Under the pieces are notes generated by a model. The model saw only the letters and a list, made by a program, of their open reading frames with translations. It was not told the origin of the DNA and searched no databases. A stretch of DNA of 63,017 nucleotides, counting the filler, from Platydemus manokwari (taxonomy: Eukaryota), in the NCBI GenBank assembly GCA_037951405.1. It is 5 parts of 5 records of this genome, joined end to end, with 100 filler letters (N's around TTAATTAATTAA, not from the genome) between each part and the next. Parts side by side here need not be neighbours in the genome. Positions count along the whole stretch, not along the records: positions 1 to 23,189 come from JBBMOY011122551.1; positions 23,290 to 33,818 come from JBBMOY011126552.1; 3 more parts are not named here. The stretch is one strand, 5' to 3'. This document shows, piece by piece, positions 13,601 to 24,930 of this stretch. Positions within the stretch are counted from its first letter, which is position 1. Every line of letters starts with the position of its first letter. A program made the position numbers and the translations under genes.

Positions 13601-14850
13601 GCCCAGTCGATCGCTATCGACCGGTTGGCCACCCCTGATATAAAGCATCCAAATGTGCTATTTGATAATTTGCATCCAAAAATCGTTCTTTAAACATTAA
13701 ATAAAAAACCAGCATGGCATAGTTTGGGAGTGAATTTTAAACATAATCAAGATAAAATGCTTGTCACACATTTCGATGTTTTACTAAATCAGATATGATT
13801 TATTTCTTTACACTACCAGATCCCTGATAAAGCACCCGAAAATGGATAAAATTAAAAATTACATTTTCATTATTCTCTTTATTCAGTGGATTGTCAAAAT
13901 TTTGATAATTAATGCCAACATTAAAAAATCATCAATAAAGATCTTCATTAACAAATTCGATAAGAAACAATGGACACAAAAAATAATATCTTTCATGTTT
14001 AAAAGTCACATTTCAATTAAAATGACAAAGCTTTGTAATTTGATTCGTGGAGGACATGATGATTTGGAGCTAAGGCATTGAATAATGTGAACGCTGAGTA
14101 AATGGTGTGCTCGAGATTCTATTTGGTACTGGTGAGAAGGGATTACAAAAATGAAAACGTTCAATTGGCGAACTATTATGACACTTATATGATTAATAAT
14201 TTTTCAATATTCATTAAAATTGCATTAAAATTGGTACATAAAATTTTCTTTTTTCTTTTCTTATTTTCATTATTTTTTAACAATAGTTTGAAAGTAAATC
14301 AAAAACTTAAACCAACAAAAAAACTAATAAAATATCTGATGACGTAATTATAAAATTCAATATTATTCGAAATATTATTTTAATTATCTTAATCATAAAA
14401 AATTTAGAAGTACATACTTAACCAAAAAATTATTTCTCTATTTTTGTCACCAATAATAATACACAACTAAAATAATTTTTAAAAAGTTAAAATTATCAAA
14501 GTAATCTGACAATTAATCACTACAATGAAACATAAATAATATAACCCCTTGTATGGATTCGACTGGACAGAGAACTCTTTTTTTCGATCCTTGAGTTTCA
14601 TACATTTCAACTGACAAAGAATTAGACTTTCTAAGTACTGAACCAAGATTCTTTAAAACATTTAATACACGAATCTCTTTCATCTAGAATAAAAGGTATC
14701 GAACAATTTTTCTAATTTATCCACAATACTTTCAATTGAGCATCGTAAGGTATATTAATTAAAGGAGAAAATTTTTTCCAAGCACTGCTGAAAATAGTTA
14801 TCTTATTAAATTATTTAAAAACAAAACCTCTTAACAGTAATTTGGTTCAT
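7643..14850 (-). CDS. TRMT2A: TRMT2A/B-family (TrmA/RlmD-like) tRNA m5U54 methyltransferase homolog with divergent catalytic residues; 12 exons, 438 aa model
   Basis: Exons 14850-14828, 14787-14730, 14683-14546, 13347-13248, 13183-13113, 12238-12092, 12043-11946, 11900-11780, 10104-9993, 9949-9848, 9804-9679, 7863-7643. All introns are GT-AG with consistent phases; total 1317 nt with no internal stop. Motifs SPLINIPYDAQL, CPVESIQGSPIIDGYRNK, WENIQVRS, LIIDLCCGNGAIG and PFKLLKAIPLDPFPHTTNVELVLQFMR match the TRMT2 family. The start exon is less certain, and A versus B orthology is not determined. Confidence 0.85.
11032..11154 (+). mobile_element. 123-bp hAT (Buster/Charlie-like) MITE, copy 1, in a TRMT2-like intron
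   Basis: TIRs CAAAGGTGGCCAA...TTGGCCACCCCTG. Degraded 8-bp TSD: CTCTAGTG (11024-11031) and CTCTGGTC (11155-11162). Near-identical to 13515-13637. Confidence 0.85.
12426..12795 (+). repeat. Dispersed purine-rich repeat bounded by about 60-bp direct repeats, copy 1
   Basis: ATGTGAG...AAAGATTTAATTC occurs at about 12426 and 12728. The interior matches the reverse complement of about 61530-61960. Confidence 0.7.
13515..13637 (+). mobile_element. 123-bp hAT (Buster/Charlie-like) MITE, copy 2, in a TRMT2-like intron
   Basis: TIRs CAGAGGTGGCCAAC...GTTGGCCACCCCTG with a perfect 8-bp TSD ATATAAAG at 13507-13514 and 13638-13645. Confidence 0.92.
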
Positions 14851-17800
14851 GAATAAATAATCTAAATTAATTTGAATTATTATTTAAACAAGCATCGTAT
14901 TAAAGATTTTGGACAAAAATAATCTAATTACACATACTAGCGTGTGACTATCTTCTAATGAAAATCTATACTTAATATTTTTACAGAACGAAGTATACTT
15001 AAATTGGTCTGAGTGAATGTGTAAGCTTTAAGTAAATACGTACACTTGAAATAGAAAAAATCGATTTTAAAACAGATATTGTTGGAATTCGCTCTCAAGA
15101 GAATTTTAAATTGATTCCCTAATTGTTTGAATACTTTTCATTATCGTAACAATAATAATAATCAAGACCGTTTTAGTCAAAATTATTTTTAAGTCAGACA
15201 ATTTCTTAAATTGATATTAAAAGTGTGTGCATTTTATATCTAAAAACAAAATTCCCGTATCAGTCTTAATTACTGGTGTAAAATATTTTAAAATTAATTT
15301 GATCTTGCTTTTTAAATAAACCAGATAATTAATTCATTAGATTTTCGTAAACGCCCTGCTTGAAAATGTTTCGAGTGTCAGAAAATTTTTGCTGATTACA
15401 AACGTGGTGAGACGTAAAGATGGATAATCCTAGATTAGATGCCCAAAACATTGCATAAAAAATAAATTTGATTTGATTAAAGGATTCTCCATAAATAATA
15501 ATTATTTAATTTTTCGTAAAGAATATGGAAACAATTCTTTGAAACTGGTGTGGCATGTACATTGTTGAATTAAAAGGTTAGTAGTAAAATGATTCAATTA
15601 ATATAATTCCTAATTGATTGTAAGTCAATTTCTTCTTTAATTGACAAATCTGAATCAACAGAGTTTTAACGATAAATATTTTGAAGATAATTACGACAAT
15701 AAAGTTGGTACAGCAAGTGTGTCTGATATTAAATGTACACTAAAATCAATTAATATGAATTCTATTATTCAGTGTGAGTATAGTGATAATGATACTGCTG
15801 ATATTAATAAAATTTATATAGGAAAACGAAAAAACAACAAATTTTATCAAAACACGCAACGCTCTACTCAAGTAGATTTCTGCAAGCTATCCATACGAGG
15901 GATATCGGAAAACCAAATTGAGGTAACTTTTATGTTTGGTATACTTGCTGTAGAGCGCAACAAATACTACTAAGATCCTATCCTGACTCTAAAAAAATAG
16001 TGGTTGGGAGCTAGCAAATCACCCAAAAAAAAACACAATCAAAGGTTCAACCCTTAAACTCAAGTTATTATTAATGTTAGGATCCGAATCCATTCCGTAA
16101 TGAGTCACAAGAGCATATTACGCACACAAACATAATCATATATTTAAAATTCAAAAAATAAATCAAATTCTATAAATAGAATTTATTAATTCCAAAAATA
16201 GATTAGAAAATAAAAATAGGATTTTAAAATTTCAGAAATAGAAAAATCGTGATTGGCCACAGTTATAACGAAAATTAGTATAAAAGTAGCCGGAGAAACA
16301 GAACAAATCACCAAAAAGTTAACTAACAGTTACATATTAAAGCAATTATCTAACAGGAAACTCCGATAAACGAGAAAAGTTAATTAGCGACTAGACAAGC
16401 ACAGGAATCTCCGTACAAACCAAACGATTTAAGCAGCGAGGTACAAAGTGACTTATTGATTGATTTTCATACCGTGTCGATAGATTCAGTATTAACTAAT
16501 ACCTCTTAGTCTTCCTCCCATCTTTTTAATAGTTTTTATTTCATTGTACGGTTCACCCGTATCGTGAATCTTGCCCTCTGGTTAAGCGAGCCACGCTTCG
16601 CCAGTTCTTAGTTTACACAATCTTAATAATTCAATTTTTATTTAATTTATAGGTTGTATTGATTCATAATTATATTTTAGTATCACTGCGTTATTGTTAT
16701 TTATTGTCCTATTATTATTTATATTTAAATTCATCTACTTCTAACGAACGCAGCCAATCATTTGCAGTCTGGTTGGCACCACAAATGACCACGGTAAAAC
16801 AACAACAAACACATAAAAAACCCAATAATACATTTAGAAAACCAATACTAATAACGGATCCAGTCCCTTCAAAAATTTGATCTATCGGTCGAGAAGCTAC
16901 TTCTGGTCTTTACTACGTACAAGCGTGCGCATTAATCAGTTACGGACCCACTACACTAACTTCCTTTCTGATTTTCAGATATTCGGGAGCAACATTTTCT
17001 AACATCCCGCAGTTATAGTCTATAAGTAATCGAGTATTAGGGAAACAATTTTCTCGAATATTTCAATCTAAATAAAATAATAAATCAAAATCAATAAACC
17101 TGATTTCCGTTCGAAATATTTCCCTTTGTAATTCCACTATCAGCAATCAATATTTCTGGTAAAATAATCTTCTCAAATTTCTTTTGTTCTTTCCAGTCGC
17201 TACTATTGTGACAATCAAAATTAATTGCCTTATTTATACAGAATTTTGCTGTCCACAAAATTCTCTTCCTATTTGACATGCACTGCCGACTACTATTTTC
17301 GATCAATAACTTCCTACTCTAGGAAGTTATTTCTATTTACATTTTTTTAATTGTTATAAACAATAATTTCTAATAATTATTTTGTATTATTTTTTTATTT
17401 ATTATTTTCACATAATATTTATTTTTACCAATAATAATTTTATTTAAGCATAATTATCCTATTTTCCTTTCTTTTTTAAGATATAACAATTTATTTTTAG
17501 TATTCATCATTTTAACACTAATATTAGTCTTTAAATTTATTATTTTAAATATCTTTATCATTTATTGATTATTGGACTCTTTCAGTTAATAAATATTAAT
17601 TAAATTAATTATCGATAAAATAAATTTTAACGATAGTGTTATAAGTTATAATACAAAAATTTATTCACTCTCGAAATCTCCTTCGTCAGTAGCAAGTATC
17701 TCTAGTCTTTTCTAGTAACCTTCACGTCTTAAGATTTTTAATTGATGAATTTTATGAAATTTTCTGACTTTGTATACTATTTTTTACTGGTTCTCATGAC

Positions 17801-18441
17801 TTCCATGTCTTCTGATGGAAACTTGTTTGGTGATTAGTTAATAATAAATCAACGATTTTTCAATAGATAATTTACTATGTTACTAGATGAGCTACCGTGA
17901 GTTAGAGATTGATTATTCCAACAATATCTGAAATTTCACAGATTTATAGGTTGCGTATAGATGAACTATATAAATATTAATAATAACAACAATAATACAA
18001 TAATGAAATACTTTATTATAATAATAATTATCAAATGTGTTATGCAGTAAAGTTAAAAGGAAGAAGCTGTTGTGCCCTGAAAATTTATAAACAACCCACT
18101 GCGATATAGAAACTAAAGAAATATGATTTTAGAGCTCACAAATTCAGTTACGACTTTGTGAGGTTTAGTATTCACTGACAACAAATCTCCTTTCGAAGAA
18201 TGATATCAGGTGAATAGGATAATAATTTGAATTTACCATTTTAATTGAAAGTTGGGAAATAATGATCGTTGAATATCTGAGAGTAGCCGATTATCACGAA
18301 TAGCGTTTTCTCAAATTTTCTTAGTGAGCTTCCTCGTTTTGTGGCGAAAATACTGAATTTTATTTCAGTATTTATAGTGTTTTTGAATGTGGGCGCATGA
18401 ATAAGTTTTTTTATTTGTTGATTTCCTTAGTAATATCCACC

Positions 18442-18506
18442 GGTGTCATGGCAATTTGCATTTAAATTTGAATTTCTATGACTATATTTCTGATTGCCAT
18501 GGCAAC
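18442..18506. promoter_or_regulatory. Two RFX X-box-like motifs and an overlapping octamer motif
   Basis: ATTGCCATGGCAAC (18493-18506) is a 13/14 match to GTTGCCATGGCAAC. Also GGTGTCATGGCAAT (18442-18455) and ATTTGCAT (18454-18461). May be repeat-derived. Confidence 0.35.
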
Positions 18507-20308
18507 GTGAATTAATAAACATTTTGTCAAAAAAATTATGGTTATTACTAATGTAATTGAGTCCACACGACTACATTCTAACGAATGTGGGTTTATTTGC
18601 TTATATTTTCTGTTATATTTTTATGTAATATTTTATATTATATGTATTGTTATTGTGTAATATTTTGCGTTATGAGGCTTGCAGCCTGCGTGGGTATTAT
18701 CCTGACACTTCATTTATTTTAAATTTTTATTTATTCTATAATAATTTTCTCATTTTTCAATTTTTGTGTCCAGATACTATTGTTATTTATTAATAAATTA
18801 TTTTACAATTTTTATGTTTCGTTTCTATCTGCATTCGCTCTTTAAATTTGATAAAATTTTATTTTTCTAACATCACTCATTACTATTTTATCAGTATTAT
18901 TCTATTATTATACAATTTTTTATAATGGTTTGTTTTACCTTTTCGATATTATAATCTCATTTTATTATTATCATTATTATCATTATTATTATTGTTATTA
19001 TTATTTCTTTATAATTGATCTCATTTATCTTAAATATTATTTATTTTTTCAATTTACATATTATCTATCTTTTTTTCTGACTAATTTTAAAATTTATTTT
19101 ATTGTATTTTTATTATTATTTATTAATTATTTATAATGAAAATTATTTTTATTATATTCACATTAATTTTAATATTATTTATAATTTTAAATTATTTTTG
19201 AAATATATATATATATTTTTTATATATTTTAGGTTCTGATAATATGGACGTGATAGCAGATAAAATAAATCAATAAATCACTTTATATAAATAATCATTC
19301 AGAAGGATTTGAAACACTATTACGAAAATAATATCAATGTTAACAACTCATTTCGTCAAAATCAATATCACGTATGCAGTAAATAGTGTTGGATCATCAA
19401 AGAAAATAAAGATCACAAGTCAGGATCATCACGGTAAATATTGTCTCGAAAGACTTCATCAATCTGCTGGTTCCTAATTGTGCTTAATGATATTAATGAT
19501 ATCAGGACCGAATATACTTTATTCGTATGAAGTACAGCTAATATGCGTTCATGTTTTTATGTTGCAAATACAACTTCTTACATATTTTAATGGTTTTTTC
19601 TTTAGTATCTATCTGATTATTCCGTAAACTTATTGCTACACTACTGTGTAACTAAGCAATAAGGTTTTACTAGAGATCTCAGCACTATGTATAACCTGTC
19701 TTTGACAACATACTATCAAATGCCATTTTCAAAATTGTTACATGATTAAGAGAATGACATCTGATAAAGGATAAATATAATTTAAATAATAATTAGGTAA
19801 ATTTTTTCAAGGTTTATACCTTAATTAATAAAATAACACTTTACGTAATTGATGGATCAGTAGAAACAGAAAGTAAATTCACATAAATAATAAGTTATAG
19901 ATTAGAAAAAGATAATTGAAGTTACAGCTGAAAAATGATCAGAATAATATTTTAACAAATTAAACAAAATATGATTTAATTACTCTTAAAGAATTTTATG
20001 TGTAACATTCAAGTTTAAGTTATGATATCTGTTAATTTAGATCGTTTTAAACTAATATTCTTACCAGTATGTAATGTTCAGATTTTTTCTAAAATATAGG
20101 GAATGTTCAAATATACTTAAATCTAATATTAAAAAAATAATTTATCATTTTTCCGTTTATTTTTAAACTCAATTCAACAAATTTAATTTAGTAAAAGCCT
20201 TTAATTCAATTTATTATTGATTACATTATTAATTAAAATCAAGAGCAATTGTTTAAATGACTTATAAATAAATAAGTTTCCATAAATTACAAAGAAAAAT
20301 TTTAAAAG

Positions 20309-23189
20309 ATGTCTGATTCTAGCTCTCTCGAAACAGAGACTATTGAAAAGATATATCAAAAGAAATCACAATTAGAACATATCTTACTTAGACCAGATTC
20401 CTATGTTGGTTCGATTAAAAATGAAGAAAAGACAATGTGGGTTTACGATCAGATAAAAGGTGCAATGATTGAGAAAAAATTTGCTTATAACCCTGCACTG
20501 TACAAAATATTTGACGAAATTTTAGTTAATGCTTCCGATAACAAAATTAGGGATCCAAAAATGTCTGCTATTCGAATTGATATTAATAGGTATTGTAAAT
20601 ATTACAGAATTACGTAATTACTTTTTATTAAGCAATGAAAATCTAATAAGAATTTGGAACAATGGTAAAGGTATTCCTGTAGTTATGCATAAAGATTTGA
20701 ATGTGTACGTTCCGACAATGATATTTGGTCAATTGTTAACCTCAACTAATTTTAATGATGATAAAAAACAAGTTACAGGAGGTAGAAATGGATACGGAGC
20801 TAAGCTGTGCAATATTTTCAGCACAAAGTTTGTGTTGGAAACATCTTCGCAAGAATATGGGAAAAGTTTTAAACAAGTTCGAATTTATTATGACATTAAT
20901 TCAAATACATTCCACTTCTGTTATAGACTTGGTCAGAAAATATGAGTTCAAGTACTGATCCAGTAATTGAAAAAAGTACGAAAGAAGATTTTACTTGTGT
21001 AACATTTTATCCAGATTTAAAGAGATTTGGAATGAGCCGTCTAGACGAAAATATTATTGCATTATTCAGTCGTCGAGCATTTGATATAGCTGCATGTACA
21101 AATGGTATCACTGTTCATCTTAATGGTCAACAAATTCCTGTTAGAACTTTCAAGGATTATGTCGAATTATATACCAAACGTTCGGGGAACAATGATGAAG
21201 AGTTGAAAGTAATATATGAAAAATATGGAGACCGTTGGGAAGTTGCGATGACAACTAGTGTCAATGATAGTTTCACACAAGTCAGTTTTGTAAATAGTAT
21301 AGCAACAACGAAAGGTGGAACGCACGTTAATTATTTGACTGACCAAGCTGTTTCGAAATTATTGGAAATTGCCAAGAAAAAAATCAAAAGTGAAAAGAAA
21401 GAAGTCAAATTAAAACCCAATCAAGTTAAAATGAATATGTGGATATTTGTAAGATGCTTGATAGAAAATCCCAGTTTTGATTCACAAACCAAAGAAAACA
21501 TGACATTGAATGTCAAAGATTTTGGATCAACATGTGTGTTGTCGGATAAATTCATCACTCAGGTAATTATTATTTTTTACCTAATGACAACGTCGATTTT
21601 TAAAATGGAATATATTATTAATGTTATTAGCATACTATAAGCCTTAGAATTATTCATGAATTAAGGTTGTTTGATTAAACTTTATCAATCTGTAAGATTC
21701 GTTAATAAAATTCGAAAAATAATTGTGTAATATTAATAAGACTTGAATATTCTATAATTATTTTTATTTAAACATTTTAAATCAAGTGCTTTCTTATTTT
21801 TTGATAAGTTAAACTAAAGATTTGTTAAAACTCGTTTGGTTCTTTATATGATTATGTTGCTTCGTTGGGTTCAAGTTTTGCTTCTAATCAGCACCAAGTA
21901 GTAGGATTTAAATAAATTGGTCTCCAATTGAAATCTCTTAACTAGATAAGAAGATTAATTAAAAACAATCTTTATGAAGAACCAATTTAATTGAACTTGT
22001 TCCAAATATACTTTGCCATACGAAACATGGTGGATAATTTCTCGAGTAATTTAATATCACCCATTACATAAATTTTTGAAATCAGTCAACGTTATATCTG
22101 TATTTTATAATCAACATTTCCAATCAAAATTGTTCAAATTTTTTAATAAAATTATTTGATGATTAAATTTTAACATTGTATTAAAAATTATTTTACAAAA
22201 TTAGTCTTTATTAAGATTAATTTAGGAAATCAGCCATCAATTGGAATCAGTTCTTAATAAATCTTGATTTAAGCAGAAATACTAATTCAAAGAAAATAAA
22301 ATTAGTCTTTTCCTTAATATTTTAAATTAATATTATGAACAAGATCTTTAAGTTTTATCATAATTTTAACGATAATTACAAATCATAATCATTCCTTAAC
22401 TCTGTAAATCAATTTTTTTTAATTCAATAAAATGTAAAGATTTTAATGTAATGTTTCAGGCTCTAAAGTTATGATTCGTTTTTATTTTTATTTAAATATA
22501 TTAATTATATTGATATTAATTACACAATTATTGATTAAATATATTTGTCATAGCTGGGTAAATGTGGTATAATTGAAAAAGTTACTCTCTGGGCAAACTT
22601 TCAAGATCAAGCATTATTAAATAAGAAATGTAGCAAGACAAAACAAGCGCGCTTAAAAGATATACCCAAATTAGATGATGCTAATTTTGCTGGAACAAAA
22701 AGTTCCATTCAATGTAAATTATTCTTAACCGAAGGAGACTCAGCCAAAACGTTGGCTGTTTCAGGGATGAGTGTCATTGGTCGAGATCACCATGGAGCAT
22801 TTCCTTTAAAGGGTAAATTGCTCAATGCTCGTGATGCCAGTTCAAAGCAATTAAGTGAGAATGCCGAAATATCAAATTTAATAAAAATTTTGGGATTACA
22901 ATATCAACAGAAATACGAGCTTCCAGAATCTTTGAAAACTTTGCGATATGGCAATTTAGTATTAATGGCGGATCAAGATCAAGATGGCTCGCATATTAAA
23001 GGATTAGTTATAAATTTCATCCATTCTAAATGGCCCAATTTGTTAAAACATGGATTCATTGAACAGTTTATAACACCGATTGTGAAAGTTTTCAAAGATA
23101 AAAATGAACTTGCCTTCTACAGTATTCCAGAATTTCTTGAATGGGAGAAGAATACACCGAATTCTAACAAATGGACTAAAAAGTACTAC
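20309..23189 (+). CDS. TOP2: DNA topoisomerase II (ATPase and TOPRIM domains), 3'-truncated by a contig join
   Basis: Exons 20309-20589, 20633-20876, 20927-21562 and 22554 to beyond 23189. Motifs YQKKSQLEHILLRPDSYVGS, FDEILVNASDN, GGRNGYGAKLCNIFS, FDSQTKE, LTEGDSAK, PLKGK, MADQDQDGSHIKGL. Confidence 0.97.
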
Positions 23190-23289
23190 NNNNNNNNNNN
23201 NNNNNNNNNNNNNNNNNNNNNNNNNNNNNNNNNTTAATTAATTAANNNNNNNNNNNNNNNNNNNNNNNNNNNNNNNNNNNNNNNNNNNN
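23190..23289. other. Artificial contig-joining spacer N44-TTAATTAATTAA-N44
   Basis: Exactly 100 nt; the 12-mer puts stops in all six frames; the same spacer occurs four times in the window. Confidence 0.95.
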
Positions 23290-23299
23290 AAGATGAGAT

Positions 23300-24660
23300 A
23301 ATTTTATAATTTAATTTTATATTTATTATAATTTTATATTTATTAACTGCGATGTTTGATTTATTCGTATAATTCAGTTAATATCTCATTTTTTGGATAA
23401 TAGTGACAAAACATATTTCAAAAACCAAGTTCCCATTCTAATCACAACACTTCTATTTGATTATCTTGCTTAAGTTAAGAAAAAGGGTCGTGAGTTATTT
23501 GATAATAGAATTTACAAAATTAAAAGAAATTAAAATTTTTACATAAAATTCAACTTTATATTAAAAAAATATAACAATGAAAAACCATGTTTTCGATGCC
23601 AGCTACTGCTTGACACTTTCAAAACATTCCTCGACAATTTCTACGACGATATTAAGACCTTCAGTTATATGCCATTGGGGAGAAATTTACACATTTTGTT
23701 GTATCTCAATAAATAACTTTAAATTCTTGGTTTTATTTTAATAATAATTGTCAATATTTTATGATTGTTAGTTTGGATTTGTAAATATAATTTTTAAATT
23801 TTAAATATAATTTTTGTGTTAGCCCCTTTGTTCAGAATGTCGAAAAGGGACAAGGCTGAATCGTTGAACCAAGTCCCTATTTGAATTCCGAAATTTATAT
23901 ATTTGTGGAATCTTCAACTGTACGATTTATTTGATTTGGATCAAATCTTCATTTCATTACATCATCGGCAAATTTAGGATCTGTGTATCTAATCTATTAA
24001 ATAGATATTAATATACATATTTTGAGAGAAAGCACACGCGCTTTGTTCCTGGCCCTTCTCAATAATTCAGAAGTTACTTTCTTTATAAAATAATTCTAAA
24101 AATCTTAGATATCATTTCAATTGCTTCTGATGTTAAAAGAATCGGTCCTCGCTAATTTTCAATTAATTGCATTTTGACCTACTTTAACCCGCTTTTCAAA
24201 TAATTAATTTTTAGGAGATTTTAAAAATCCTGTACTTGATAAATAAAATTTTACTCAAGTACTTAAATAAAAAATTAAAAATGTTATTAAATAATTTAAT
24301 TAAATAATCTATAAAGATTTTTGTAACACACTCCACAATTTTAAAATTTTATTTTAGGACCCTATTTTTTAACGTTAACTGATTATCTGAGTTTTTAAAT
24401 TAAAACTTTTATAATTATAAATTGAGTTAGTTAATTACAGATATGTTTCATTGCTTATTTTTATAAAATAATTCTAAAAATTGAGAATGTCTCTCAACTT
24501 GCTTCTGATGTTAAAAAAGGTGTCCTTCATAATTTTCAATAAATTGCAATTCGACCTACATTTTCATTTTTTCAAATAATCAAATTTTAGGAGATTTTTA
24601 AGCTCTGGTATATTTAATATTTGATTTCAAACAACTAAAATTCTTCTAAATTCGAAAATT
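23300..24660 (+). repeat. AT-rich dispersed repeat family with internal subrepeats (left, forward copy)
   Basis: 23340-23440 and 24080-24400 match the reverse complement of 31400-31520 and 30930-31270. A tandem partial subunit lies at about 24460-24660 and another fragment at 34920-35035. Confidence 0.7.
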
Positions 24661-24930
24661 CATTTAATGACCTTTTTTAATTTCAAGTTCAATTATTAAA
24701 ATTATATCAAGAAATTATTTTTAAAATATGTTTGTTTACAAGCAAATTTGTGAAGCTTATTGAAATAATTTTATTTATTTAAATTTAAGGAATAAACAAA
24801 ATAATTATTTATTAATTATCATTTATCATCTCATAAATTTTCAATGTTTTTCAATAAATTTTCATAGTTTCGTTTTTGATTTTTAAATGTATTTTTTAAG
24901 TAAACATAGATTGTTTAGAACGTATAGATG

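Noticed and set aside
15641-17005. 110-aa ORF followed by an LTR-like stretch (TGTTAG...CTAACA with TATAAAAG)
   Set aside because: Probably retroelement-derived, but there is no matching TSD, second LTR or diagnostic motif, so it could not be supported as a feature.
18930-19136. Tyr/Phe/Ile-rich 68-aa ORF
   Set aside because: Low-complexity (TTA)n-derived AT-rich sequence.
23234-23245. Recurrent TTAATTAATTAA as a biological motif or CRISPR-like repeat
   Set aside because: Always flanked by exactly 44 N on each side, so it is an assembly linker.
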